A stretch of 64,000 nt of DNA from Torpedo marmorata (taxonomy: Eukaryota), in NCBI GenBank assembly GCA_977017645.1, contig OZ360227.1, forward strand, positions 125,302,001 to 125,366,000. The letters run 5' to 3'. Under the pieces are notes generated by a model, which worked only from the letters and a program-made list of their open reading frames with translations, had not been told where the DNA came from and made no database searches. Made by a program: the position numbers and the translations under genes. Shown here in pieces: positions 35,526 through 48,599 of the stretch. Position 1 is the stretch's first letter. Every line of letters begins with the position of its first letter.

Positions 35526-38096
35526 TGTCACTTCGGGTTTTTTTTGCATGGTTTGCCATGCATTCAAATATCAATAAAAGGTTGTTTTATAAACCTAAAG
35601 TGGGAGCTTTCAGAAATTTCCACTATTGATTTTAATGGAATTCTAGTTGGAGCATCATTTGGGCTTCTCACTCAATATTTCACATGCAAACAATGTGAGG
35701 AAATAACAGATTTTACTTACGTGCACGTTTCCCAATTAAACTGTAGTTGCATTTTAACTGCTTTGGCGAAACAAGATAGCTTATCCTGGCAAATCATGAA
35801 ATCAGCCAATTAATGTCATTCTTGCTAAACTAACCTAGTCTATGAGTGAAAATCATGTAATTAAACTGAGTATAGGGAGCTTTATTCTTTTATCATTTAT
35901 ATACTGTATTTAATAATGATGCTGTTGATACCACCTTAAATTGTATTGTCCATACATTGGAAACTGACACATTATTCTAATATATTGCATTGTTAGGACA
36001 CTCAAGTCTGTTTCTAGCTTGCAACTAACACCTAATTTTACTACATCTAAATTATCCCTAAGGCACACAGAACAGGTTATGTCTATTAATGCTATGATTA
36101 GTGCATATGTATCAAATGTAACAATGCTGGTATTTCTAGGCAGTAATAGTTGCTGCGAGATGCCATTAAACAAACTGCCTGAGTTCACAAAGAAATGCAC
36201 AGCACGTATTATACTTAATCTGGTTTGTAGATGGAAATCTTCCACAAAAGTACCAAATATTTCATCGAAATATGACATTTTTATTTTTATCTAACATTAA
36301 ATAAATCAAATTTGATATAAATATTTACTTTGAAAAACAAATTGAACTTCTATTCCCTTTGTAGAAATGAGGGAGATATAGTTCAGCAATTGAAAAGTGT
36401 TGATTCTTTTCCCTTATCCTGAAGTATTTTCAATGTACTTTAATGTTAAGACATCTTAAATTCAGGAGGCAAACCAAAATTCTTTTGAAAAGGCAGCAAA
36501 ATAGAAGTCTTGACATTTTTTCTATTTCTGTTCATCACATGCTGGATGGTGTACACAATTTGGATGTTATATTTCAATGGCCTCTGGTAAATGACTACAT
36601 TCTCGGAGACTATTTGGGGAATGTTACAAAGCTATTAATAATGCATTCATGCACAATAACCAATTTCACATTGCAGCAAGATGAAAAAAAAAATGGAGTG
36701 GCAGGGCATCAGTCCTATTTTATAGGCCTCCTGTGGGCCAGGTGTTGCTGATGTGCTTTGCGAAATTCTGACCACCTATTTCAAATATGAAGTGTGATCC
36801 ATGGGATTGAGAACAAAGCCTATGCCTTAAAAAAATTATACTAAATGACATCTTTGTTACCCTTTTGCCAGTAGTGGGAAGTTTTTTTTCAGGTCAAGGC
36901 TTATCCGTGAATTGTGCAATGAATAAGATCTACATGCAGTTCATTTTATTTGCATATACTTTGACAAGGTGAATATATAGGTATATTTAAGAGAGGAAGT
37001 GAAAAATATATAGAATGAGGAATTCATTTTCCTTAACGAACAAGGGTATAAATTTGAGTCAGTCAGACAGCATTGGCTTCAGTCGGGCTTCTTAAATTTC
37101 AGGCTTATGCTTACAAAACTCACAAGTTTATCAAGGTCCTAGGGCAAAGCAATCAAATTGGCTGGCAAATAGCTTTGCTACCATGGTGGCATGTGGCTGT
37201 GTCATTGAATCCTCAGCACAAGGGTGTGCATTACAAAAGTGAAGCTCAATCTAAAACCTTTCTGCATGGTGATATGAAATGCAATTACACGTTTCCATAC
37301 CACTGTGATGTATTACTCATGATTAATCACAATAAACACTGGACATAATTTGCTTGCTATGAAAGCTCAACTTGTGATGGAATCATACAACTAGATGAAA
37401 GAATAAACTTACTGGTACAATAAATATATGTTCCAGCATGCGCAATATCAACATTTGTTAAAATCAACTGATATAACCTGGCTGTGCCCTGCTGAATATA
37501 TCCAACCAAATTCGGATTAGATTGGATTTCTGACCTAAATTTACACTCATTTTTCTCTAAAACATCACACATGATTATAAGTGATTATCTGAAACAGAAG
37601 CTGATTCTTTTCAAGATAAAAAAAAAAGCAAGATCACCATCTGGAAATGTTCTATTATCTGGATATGAGTATGGAAATGAGTAATGTACAATTAACATTT
37701 GGCTGTGATATATAAATGCATGGCATTTTGTTCATTATTACTTTTTCTGTATGGATTCTTTGCCATAGAGAGAGTACCCAATCTTGAAAATTTTGATGCT
37801 ACTTAGAAATGTGAAACCGCAGAGCATGTTTTGATGACATACAGTATATGTTTCTTTTCACCTCATTGGTCAAATAGGTCAATTCAGACAGTCTTGTTGC
37901 ATACAATATGATACTGAGAAAGGGATTACTGTACCTGCAAATTCAATTTCAACAAAGCTGATTTTAACAGCATAATTCCATGAAAGTAATATCTAGGCAG
38001 ATGCTACTTTGACTCAAATTCCATTTTTATACAAAACATTCTATGATTCAGCACTTTTTAGGTATGTTTGCAAACTTCAAGTAATAATTATCCAGG

Positions 38097-38425
38097 ACTA
38101 TCTTCTTCCGAGGCAGTTCCTTGGAATTGAGGATGATTTGCTTCCACTCTGGTTTTGTGGACCTTGAAGTGGCAAATGAGGCCAATGTGGGAACCATAGA
38201 CTCCTACACAGGTGAGTGGGTGGTTTATGAGGAGCTGCACTTCTGCTGCAAACTTTGTGCCTCCAATTCATGGATTCAGGATTCTTAATACTTTCCAGAA
38301 TGTTCCTTCTCTTTAAACAGTCATAGGTCAGAGATTTTCTGAAGTCAGTGGAGATGGTACATTCCTTCAAGGAGACATTTAGCACATCCTTGATTTTTTT
38401 CCTTTCTCTCTCCTGGACAAATTAC
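38097..38425 (-). mobile_element. RTE LINE 3' end
   Basis: tcttcttccgaggcagttccttggaattgaggatgatttgcttcc...gaggccaatgtgggaacc matches the antisense RTE terminus. Confidence 0.7.
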
Positions 38426-38499
38426 ATGCACAAAAGGAAAGAACCATTTTGGAATAAATATAAGATTTCTGAAAGAGCCAGACAAAAAAGAATGGGCAT

Positions 38500-38670
38500 T
38501 TGGAGACACAAGGATAGCAGATGCTTGAATCTGGAGCAAAAAAAAACTGCTGGAGGAACTCAGCAGTCGAGGCTGCATCTATGTGGGAAAGGAGCTGTTG
38601 ATATTTTAGGTCGAGAACCTGCATCAAGACTGCTCCTGATGCTGGGACTTGACCCAGGAATATACATCTT
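38500..38670. mobile_element. Old Penelope terminal repeat with short inverted copy
   Basis: gctggaggaactcagcag...ggtcgagaacctgcatcaaga, then inverted cctgatgctgggacttgaccc. Confidence 0.65.
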
Positions 38671-39029
38671 CCTAGAAGCAGGTGTACATTCCACTTTACT
38701 CTTTTAACCTACTTCATTTTCTATTTTATTTTATTTCATGTACATTGATTGATATTGTTAAAATATACTGACATAAAAGTGACAATTACAACTAAATATT
38801 TTATCACAATGAGGAGTCTATTTTTTTCTTATTAACTGGAAGCAATAAAGATCAATCAAACATTACATTTTTTGTTTTGGGAAACTTTTAATGGCCTACT
38901 GATCTAGAATCTGCAATATCTAACAGTCAGCCTTTTAGGACCAATTTTTGTTCATACTGCCATGACCATTGAAAATTCTATTTCTACCAGGCACAGAGGC
39001 ATTATGATTTTCTCTTCTGGATCTAAATT

Positions 39030-39558
39030 GTTTGCCAGTTGCAAACCACTTTAATTCCACTCACTGTTGTCTCACTGACATGTTTGTCCATGGCCTCACA
39101 TACTGCCAAGTTGAGGCCACTCAAAAATTGAAGGAATAACACCTTGTATTGCATCTTGGCAACGTCCAACTAGATGGTATCAATATCGACTTCTCCAATT
39201 TCTGTTAACCCCCTCTCCCAGTCTCCCTCTTTCCTTCATCCTTCTGTTTCCCTTCCTCCAGCTTCCCACCCCTTACCTACCTTCCTACTATCAGAGAGAT
39301 ACCCTTGTTAGCCCTCTGCCCTCTCCCCCATCACCTCAGATTCTTTCTCTTCTAACCTCTCTGTATCTATCTATTACCTCTCACCTGTTAGCCTGTGCAC
39401 TTCTCACTTCCCCTTCCCCACCCCTCACCTTTTAATTCAGACATCTGCCTGATTTGTGGCACTCCTGGAGAAGGGTTCAGGCTCAAAATGTCAACTGCCT
39501 TTGACTTCCTATGGATGCTGCGTGACCTGCTGAGTCTCTCCAGCACTTTTGTGTGCTA
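39030..39558 (+). mobile_element. Penelope 3' part (GIY-YIG C-terminus, UTR, terminal repeat)
   Basis: PVANHFNS..HC...DMFVHGL.YCQVEATQKLKE*HLVLHLGNVQLDGINIDFSNF; decayed hammerhead at about 39463-39498. Confidence 0.85.
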
Positions 39559-40489
39559 TTTGGGATACCTGTGTTGCAGGAATTCCCACCTGGATAAAGA
39601 CTAGCACTTTCATAAAGGGCACAGAAATTCGGCATTGCTGCATAACTCTGCTTTGGCCTTCTGAGATCAAGCCTGCAGATGTTAACAGATGTAAAAAGAA
39701 TGAATAATTCAAGTAGTTGTGATAAGCTTACAGCTTTTCAATCTTTGACATATCCACATCCAAGATCAATACAGAGGTCATAGCCAATGTTATAGTCAAA
39801 CAACCAAAATTTACATACCAACTTACCTTTACTTCACTTCAATCACAATCGAGGATTTCTAGCTATCACTAATGATGAAGTAGTGCAAATAAACATTTAT
39901 TAGAGAATCACGTCATCCCCCCACTTGTTTACCTATAACTGTAATCCCACAACCTGGATGTATATTTTCTGTCAGAGACTCAATGAGTTACAACCCTGAC
40001 ACCAAATGATCATTAAAAACTACATTTCAATTTAAAATAAAGTTTGGTGTTGCAGCTAAAACCAGATGCTGCCTGATATGATGGCTAAGGGGAAATAAAT
40101 GTGCTTTAGCAGAATGACATTTTGATTCTTCATGCATGGCTAATTCCATAACAGAACAGCATGAGTTGAATCACATGTGCACAGTGGAATGTTCAGGGTT
40201 TAAGGAACAATTATCATGAGTTACTTTAAGTTTTTAAGTCTCCTCTGAGCTTAATCTCCACTAATCAGGAACTGCCAGTTCTTGATCCATCAATTTTACT
40301 GTTGTTAATTAATGAATATAACCAACCAATGATTGTACATGATTCGTAACTATAACAACAGGATTTGTGACACCTCTATTTATATTTTAACTGTAAAACA
40401 CAGCTCTTTCACCAGTGCTCATGTATAAGAGGATCCACATATTAGAAAATCTCACCTTTGCGGCTGTCAGCCATGGCTTAGCCTTAGAT

Positions 40490-40675
40490 TGTAGTAGAAC
40501 TGGCCCTTCAGGTCTGCATCAAAAACACTATAGTTTGAATGAGATAATAAACTAAAGCTCCATCTGTCCTTGAAGACGCATGTAAAATAGTCTTGATTTC
40601 AAAGAAGAATAGGTGCATTATCCCTGATGACATGGTCACTATTATGTCCTAATTAACAACACAAAAAAAACAAAA
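40490..40675 (+). mobile_element. Deu-domain SINE remnant
   Basis: tttcaaagaagaataggtgcattatccctgatgacatggtcactattatgtcctaattaacaacac. Confidence 0.45.
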
Positions 40676-40724
40676 TTTGACCAAGTCAACAAGAATAATA
40701 CACCTATTTTGAAATCAAGACTAT

Positions 40725-40825
40725 TTTACAAACGTGCTGGAAAAACTCAGCAGGTCACGTAGCACCCATAGAAAGTAAAAGGCAGTCAACGTTTCGGGCC
40801 TGAGCCTTTCTTCAGGACTGGGGAT
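40725..40825 (-). mobile_element. Penelope terminal repeat
   Basis: gtgctggaaaaactcagcaggtcacgtagcacccatagaaag...gtcaacgtttcgggcctgagcc on +. Confidence 0.85.
40783..40820 (-). ncRNA. Minimal type I hammerhead ribozyme motif (best-preserved copy)
   Basis: Minus strand: CAGUC-CUGAAGA-AA-GGC-UCAG-GCC-C-GAAA-C-GUU-GACUG. It has a 5-bp helix I, CUGANGA and GAAA core boxes, helix II, and the palindrome AACGUU in place of helix III. Confidence 0.75.
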
Positions 40826-42825
40826 AACAGAGGAGGAGCAGTGAGAGAGACTCTCACAGAACATCCTTCGAAGAGTGGAGGAGACCTTCTTCAGGATAGG
40901 CATCCTCAAAGAGACTTTGCAGTGGAGCAGCCTGATAGAGGTAAACAAGAACATCTTCAGATGCTGGGGTCGTGTGTAGTACACCAAAGTTCTGAGCCCA
41001 TCTTTAAGAGTACTTTGTTGTTTATTGGAGCTGCTCTGGTCATCCCAATGCTTTCCATAGTACTGTTTATCTTAAACCTTATCAGACTTGCTTTGAGTGA
41101 AGATGGTAATTTGGTAACAATAAGGGACCCCTTTGAAAACTTAATTTTAGTGGCTGAATATTAGATTTGTCCTTTATTGAATATTATTCATCAATTGTAA
41201 AATCATTTGTAATCAAATTAACAACGCTTCTTCATTAATTGTAAATTTCAACTTGCATAAGGCTTCCCTATAGGAATATTTCCTTAAGAAATACATTTTT
41301 GAAGTTATATGATGTTAGATTCATACCAGGCGATGAGCACCATACATGATATGTTTTAAATTATGCATTCATATTATTAATTAAGTAATGTTGTTTCTTT
41401 AACTCTTAATAAAGAGAAGAGAATCATTTTTATACAGAAACAATATGCTTACATGTTGCAGAGAGTCTGTACCAGGTTAATTTAATGAAATAACTTGCCT
41501 TTTAGATCACTCAATTTGAATCCTGTAAACAGATGAACCTGACAAAAGAATACAAAAAATTGCAATTTTTTTCAGCAGCATTTGAACTGCTACCATGGAT
41601 GGGGATTGTAAACTAGATTTCGAGCTCAATTCCTCCAAACTAGAAGGTAACTTAATTGTAAAGTGTGACTCTGCTATTCTTTGCAGTTTCATAACAATTT
41701 TCCTTTGTGATAACAATTCAGTCATTTTAAGGTAATCTAAGTGAAAATCAATAAAGCCTGAAGTGGAAGTTCTGTTTAATCTTAATGGTCACCAAAATCA
41801 CCAATACTCTAAGTGTTACCTCTCCAAGACTAAAATATTGTAGTAAACAAAGGGAGAGTAGAACTGGATACAGCTTTCTGAGGCAAGGGCACCTCTGTTG
41901 TAAGTGCTGAATACTTCAAAACTGTTGGTTTTACAATACATAAGGATTGACAGTGTTTAAAGGTGATGGGTTTGAAGATGCAGCTGGGAGAGTGGTTGGT
42001 TTAGCAGCTGATACATTATTGCATGCAAGGCCAATAAAATCCAAAATCAACTGGGGTGTGCAGTTTTTTTAAATGAGGAAAAAAATCAATGCAAAAATAA
42101 AACTTTGCTTCGACTGTGTTGTATTTTATTATGTCTTTTGTGACTGAATTGATAAGAATAAGATGAAAAAAATACAATGAATATTTTTATTAATGACTTT
42201 TAAGAAGGAAGCTTTGTGTGTGCTAACTACAGTACTCATTGATTGTTAGCATAGTATTTCATTTGTTAAATGTTCAGTATATCTTCACATTTTCATGTGT
42301 AAGCATTGATGTAGTAAACTGATTAACTTATTCTGAGCATGTTTTATTAAGTAGAGAAACTTTTAGAGCAATTTCTAACAATTGTCTCTTGCAATCCAAT
42401 CATAGCTCTTCTGAATTTCTTTATTTTGTTCATACTATTTAATTAATCCAACTTTTACCATAGAAAAATATTACACTTCCAAAAATTGTCTCTAGTATTG
42501 TATTTCTTATACTGTTAATGATTTATCATTAAAATTCTGGTTATCTATCCAGGAATAAATGATTAGGAACACCTAATACTTTCATTTGCAATCTTAATCC
42601 ATTTAAGGATTGTCTCACTTCTAGAATGACCATGGACTAACTGAATGATTTCTTATCTGTGTACTCATTCTACAAGCGAGCTGATTGCTGATTTAGCTTT
42701 ATTAAATGTGCAGTCCAAATTAATGGGAAATTTATGGGAAAACAAGCAGAGCCATAACCAAAGGAAATCCTTCATGTATTTGATTGAACCTTTGCATAAT
42801 ATCAGAAAAAATAGCATTGTGCTGA

Positions 42826-45605
42826 TAGAACCATAGAACGCTACAGCACAGAAAACAGGTCATTCCATCATCTCGCAAGTCCCACTGACCTGCTTCCAGT
42901 GCATGACCCTCCAGACCTCTCCCTTCCATGTATCTATCCAATTTATTCTTAAAACACAAGATCGAGCCTGCATTCACCACATCAGATGGCAGCTCATTCC
43001 ACACTCCCAACACTCTCTGAGTGAAGAACTTCCCCCTAATGTTCCCCCTAAACCTTTCCCCTTTCAGCTTAAAACTATGACCTCTAGTATTTATCTCCCC
43101 CAATCTAAGTGGGAAAAGCCTACTCGCATCCACTCTGTCTATACCTCTCATAATCTTGTAAACCTCTATCAAATCTCCCCTCATTCTTCTACGCTCCAAG
43201 CAATAAAGTCCTAACCTGTTTAGTCATTCCTGTAACTTAACTCCTGAAGACCCGGCAACATCCTAGTAAATCTTCTCTGCACTCTTTCAATCTTATTGAT
43301 ATCCTTCCTGTAGTTAGGCGACCAGAACTGCACACAATATTCCAAATTTGGCCTCACCAATGTCTTAAACAACTTCAACATAACATCCCAACTCCTATAC
43401 TCAATACTTTGATTTATAAAGGGTAAGATGCCAAAAGCTTTCTTTACAACCCTGTCCACATGCGACGCCACCTTCAGGGAACAATGTATTTGTATTCCCA
43501 GATCTCTCTGCTCCTCCGCACTCCTAAGTGCCCTATCATTTACTGTGTATGTCCTACCTTGGTTTGCCCTTCCAAAATGCATCACCTCACTTGTCTGCAT
43601 TAAACTCCATCTGCCATTTTTTGGCCAATTCTCCCAGTTGGTCCAGATCCCTCTGAAAGCTTTGAAAATTGTCCTCGCTGTCCACAACGCCTCCTATCTT
43701 TATGTCATCAGCAAACTTGCTGATCCAATTTACCACATTATCATCCAGATCATTGATATATACAACAAACAACAATGGTCCCAACAAGGATCCCTGAGGC
43801 ACACCACTAGTCACAGGCCTCCAGTCTGAGAAGAAACCATCCACTACCACTCTCTGTTTTCTCCCACACAGCCAATTACGAATCCTGTTTACAACCTCTC
43901 CATGGATACCTAGTGTCATAACCTTCTGAACTAACCTCCCATGTGGGACCTTGTCAAAGGCTTTACTAAAGTCCATGTAGACATCATCCACAGCCTTTCC
44001 TTCATCTACCTTCTTGGTAACCGCCTCAAAAAACTCGACAAGATTCGTTAAACACGACCTACCACGCACAAAGCCATGCTGACTGTCCTTAATCAGCCCA
44101 TGACTGTCCAAATACCTATATATCCTATCTCGCAGAACTCCTTCCAATAGTTTACCTACTACTGACGTCAGGCTCACTGGCCTATAATTACCTGGTTTAT
44201 TTTTGGAGCCTTTTTTAAATAATGGGACAACATGAGCTACCCTCCAATCCTCTGGCACCTCACCCATGTTTAAGGACATTTTGAATATATCAGCCAGGGC
44301 CCCTGAAATTTCTACACTAGTCTCCCTCAAGGTCTAAGGGAATATCATATCCGGCCCGGGTGATTTATCTACCTTTATTCGCTGTAAGACAGCAAGCACC
44401 TCTTCCTCCTTAATCTCCATATGTTCCATGACCCTTCTGTTTGTTTCCTTTCCTTCCTTATGCACTATGCCAGTTTCCTGAGTAAATCCTGATGCAAAAA
44501 AAAACTGTTTAAGATCTTCCCCCATGACGTGAGGCTCCACACATAGTTGACCACTCTGATCCTCTAGGGGACCAATTTTGTCCCTCACTATCCTTTTACT
44601 CTTAATATACTTATAGAAACCCTTCGGGTTTACCTTCACATTATCTGCCAGAGCAACCTCATGTCTTCTTTTTCCCTTCCTGATTTCCTTCTTGAGTATT
44701 TTCTTGCATTTTCTGTACTCTTCAAGTACCTCATTAGCTCCTTGTTGCCGATACCTGCTATACATCTCCCTCTTCTTCTTAACCAGATCCCCAATATCCC
44801 TTGAAAACCAAGGTTCCCTCTGCCGGTTAACTTTGCCTTTAATCCTAACAGGAACATGCAAACACTGCACTCTCAAGATTTCGCTCTTGAAGGCCATCCA
44901 CTTACTTAACACACCCTTGACAGAAAACAACATATTCCAATCCACACTTCCTAGATCCTTTCTCATTTCCACAAAATTTGCCTTCCTCCAATTTAGAATC
45001 CCAACATGAGGACCAGACTTATCCTTTTCCATAATTAACTTGAAGCTAATGACATTATGGTCACTGGACACAAAATGTTCACCTACACATACATCTGTCA
45101 CCTGACCTGTCTTGTTCCCTAATAGGAGATCAAGTACTGCATCCTCTCTTGTTGGTACCTCTATATATTGATTTAGAAAACTTTCCTGAACACATTTCAC
45201 AAACTCCAAGCCATCCAGCCCTTTTACAGTATGGGAGTCCCAGTCAATATTTGGGAAGTTAAAATCTCCTACTATCACAACGTTCTTCTTCTTACATCCG
45301 TCTGCTATCTCTCTACAGATTTGCTCCTCCAATTCTCTCTGACTATTGGGCAGTCTATAATACAACCCTATCAGTGTCGTCACACCTTTCCCGTTCCTCA
45401 ACGCCACCCATATGGCCTCTGTAGACAAGTCCTCCTGGCTGTCCTGACTTCGCACAACTGAGATATTTTCCCTGACTAGCAATGCCACTCCTCCCCCTTT
45501 CATCCCTCCCCCTCTATCACGTCTGAAGCAACGGAACCCTGGAACATTAAGATGCCAGTCCTGTCCCTCCTGCAACCAAGTCTCACTAATAGCAATAATA
45601 TCATA
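42826..45605 (-). mobile_element. CR1 LINE, 5'-truncated, nearly complete ORF2 (APE endonuclease + RT) with frameshifts
   Basis: EN: DIIAISETWL...GGGVALLV...VGDFNFP...LDLLL..SDHNVI. RT: NYRPVSLTS, QHGF, DFSKAFDKVPH, SGVPQGSLLGP, KFADD, RPNLEYCVQFWSP. Tail (GTTCTATG)n. Confidence 0.97.
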
Positions 45606-45849
45606 GATGAAATTGCATTGATAGAGCATTAATCAATTTAGCGCATGGCTTTGTGAGCCAACACCAGCCTTTATAACACTTCTGTTGTGAGCATTTATAT
45701 AGATTACCATTTAATATAAAGAAAAATAGTGCTGTTGAATTTCCAGGCCTTTTTCTCTCAGGGGGAAAACATCTTTACGAGAGTGTCTGTGGATGAGCGA
45801 TCATTTTTCTTTCCCTCCATAAGACAGCCACACAATACCATTGACATTA

Positions 45850-46610
45850 ATTTAAACAAGAACATCCGCAAATGCTGTGATTGTAGTTTACACAAAAATG
45901 CTGGAGAAACTCAGTAAGACATGCAGCGTACTTTATATAGCAAAGATAAAGATACATAAACAACAATTCAGGCCTGAGCCCTTCATCAAGGTATGAGCCA
46001 AAAGCAGGCAGGCACCTGAATAAAATGGTGGGGGGGGGGGGCGAGGGGCAGGGGAGGAGCACTGGATCACAGACATAGGTGGATATGGCTGGGAAGGCAC
46101 AAGAGAAAAAAGTTGAGGTGATAGGGGGAGAGGATAGTTCTCTGAATGGAGAGGGAGGTGAGGATGAGGAAACCTGTCCTTATTGCGTCTAGGGACAGAG
46201 GGGGGCCAGGGCAGATGTGCGGGAAATGGAGGAGATGCGGGTAAGAACTGAGTTGATGGTGGTAGAGGGAAAGCCACGTTTTTTGAAGAAGGAGGGCATC
46301 TCGGATGATCTGGAATAGAAGACCTCATCCTGGGAGCAGATGCGATGGAGACAGAGGAATTAAGAGAAAGGAATAGAATCCTTAAAGGGGACAGGGTGTG
46401 AAGAGGAGCAGTCGAGGTAATTGAGGGAGTTGGTGGGTTTGTAAAAAATATCTGTCAAAAGTTTGTCTACCAAGGTGGAGACAGAGAGATTGAGAAAGTG
46501 AAGATTGTTCCCAGAGATGGACCAAGTAAATTTGAGGTTAGGGTAAAAGTTAGCAGCAAAGTGGATAAAATTGACCAGCTCATCTTGTGTGCATGAGTTG
46601 GCACTGATTG
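45850..46610 (-). mobile_element. Internally deleted Penelope-like element (RT C-terminus joined to UTR and terminal repeat)
   Basis: Minus strand: SCTQDELVNFIHFAANFYPNLKFTWSISGNNLHFLNLSVS...DIFYKPTNS..YLD.SSSHP...KDSIPFS. The GIY-YIG domain is absent; hammerhead acc-ttgatga-agggctcaggcct-gaa at about 45960-45993. Confidence 0.9.
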
Positions 46611-47092
46611 TCTTCTGAGATTGTTAATACTCAAAATAAAAATGTTTTCATTTATTTAAACGATAGTCTGTATCTATATACAGGAATGGAGAGGGGAGAA
46701 GAAAATATTTCTTTATGATTGATGTTACAGACAGGAGATTTATTTACCTTGGAAAAAGTAAATAAATGTTCTATCCTAACTGTATCTGACTGACTGATAT
46801 AAAAGCATGTGTGACAATACTTATGATTATTACGCAATTTATCTGACACTTTTACAGTTCTGAATTTGTCATTTGGTTTAACTCACACATTCTCAGTCAA
46901 CAATTTCACCTTTTCCAATGACACTGGACAACAATTTTTTTCAAAAGGTTTGCTTCCTGAAAATAAATTGGGGATTATGATGGACAACTTCAAGCTGAAC
47001 ACAAAGTTAATTGCAGATTTGCTGTATCATGTAGGATGTTGGAGAAACGTTAAATTAACTTTTATTGAATTTAGCATGTTTAATCGCACAAT

Positions 47093-47333
47093 GTACCTCT
47101 GAGCCAAGTTCTCAGTTTAACTGTACATGTTGCACAACAAAGTGAGGAGCCCAGGGTTTGTCTTGGTCACCAATTGTACAGCCAAAGTAGAGCTCATAGG
47201 CTTTCTTAATAAGTGCAGTCATGCTGCGTCTTTGAGCCTCAAGCATATACTTGCCACAAATGTAACAGAATGTGTCGCAGCTATTGTGACATTGATGAGA
47301 TATTTCTGCTGTATTGAATCTTCCTGAAGACAA
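47093..47333 (-). pseudogene. Chapaev3-type transposase N-terminal (Chapa zinc-binding) fragment
   Basis: SHQCHNSCDTFCYICGKY...KAYELYFGCTIGDQDKPWAPH, then after a 1-nt frameshift CCATCTVKLRTWLRGT. Confidence 0.85.
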
Positions 47334-47708
47334 TAATTGCTATTGTTAAGTACACTTACTATGCTATTGCCTGAAGAACATGTGCATCAACATGAGTTCA
47401 ATCTATATCAATGTAATGCACAGCATCTGTATATGTGAGCTGCTTTCATAGCCTGTCTGCCTCTATCCTGACTAAGCATGTCCAGGCCTAAGACAACATT
47501 TGCATAGCACCTGCACTGAGTGCATGCCCAGGCATGCTTGAACTGACCAAAACAGCTTGCTTTGTGGTCAATATGCTAGTAGACTTAAAATTTGCAGGAA
47601 ATCACAAAAAAATCGGTTATATCTAAAAGAAAATGGTACACGATACAAACATGATCAGTAGCCCAAAATCCATAAAATACACCCAAAAGTGTTCAATAAG
47701 TTGCCCAG

Positions 47709-48407
47709 TGTTATGGACCATGACTGACCATTTGGACTGCGGACGGTCAGCAGGAAGGATGAAGTCTTTTGGAGTACACACTGGGACCAGGTACTGAAAG
47801 AGTTAACTTGCCCAGGACTGGGTGTACTCAGAGAGAGACAGAGAGAGAGAGAGAGACAGGCTGTGGAAAGATACTTTGTTGCATTTTTGCAAAAGCAGGT
47901 GCAAACCTCTGCAAAAAGCATTCAGATTCAGTTTTTGGAGTTGCAAGAGGCTGGAACAACACAGCCAAATCCAGGCTTGTGCATTCCAGGGAGAAAGGCT
48001 GGGAGAATAGCACATGGCCTCCTGTATCAGCAAAATCCTGAGTAAAAACAACTTTCATGGAGAACAGGCGTGAGATCAGCGAGACAGGCTGTGAAATCCA
48101 AGTATACGCCTCAATCAAAACTGATTTGGAATCACAATCCTCATGTACCTACCAAAATGGAAAGTCATCAGGGAAGAAAATCAGGCCAAGCATTCGTAAG
48201 CTTAAACAGTCATTGTCTCTCTCTCCAACGTTCATTAAGAAGTCATTCGTGCCAGCACACAGAGCTGAATTTGGAACCTGAACATAGGGAGTGATTTTTG
48301 TGGACTGTATTTTTGAGATTGACTTATTTTTATGACTGACCTATGGGTTTTGGGGAAGGTTTTCCATTTTTACATGAGGGTTGGGCACAGACTGTAATGG
48401 TCTGGGC

Positions 48408-48455
<48 letters not shown>

Positions 48456-48599
48456 TTAGATAAGAATAGTGTTTATAGACATTTATAGTGGGGTTAATTG
48501 TAAAGAAATTATATGTTTAATTGTCTTTAATAAATATAAATTTCAATTTTACCCCTTTTGCATTGCGTCTTCTGTCATTGCTGGTTTGAATTTGTAACA
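47709..48599 (+). mobile_element. Solo LTR, 891 bp
   Basis: TGTTA...TAACA termini, 4-bp TSD CCAG (47705-47708, 48600-48603), AATAAA near 48530, internal (GA)n and (CA)n. Confidence 0.9.
48411..48452. repeat. (CA)n microsatellite
   Basis: Direct reading, about 21 units. Confidence 0.97.

Noticed and set aside
40841-41164. 107-aa ORF with a hydrophobic stretch
   Set aside because: The opposite strand resembles a decayed RTE-like C-terminus (LKASL...), so the ORF is probably fortuitous.
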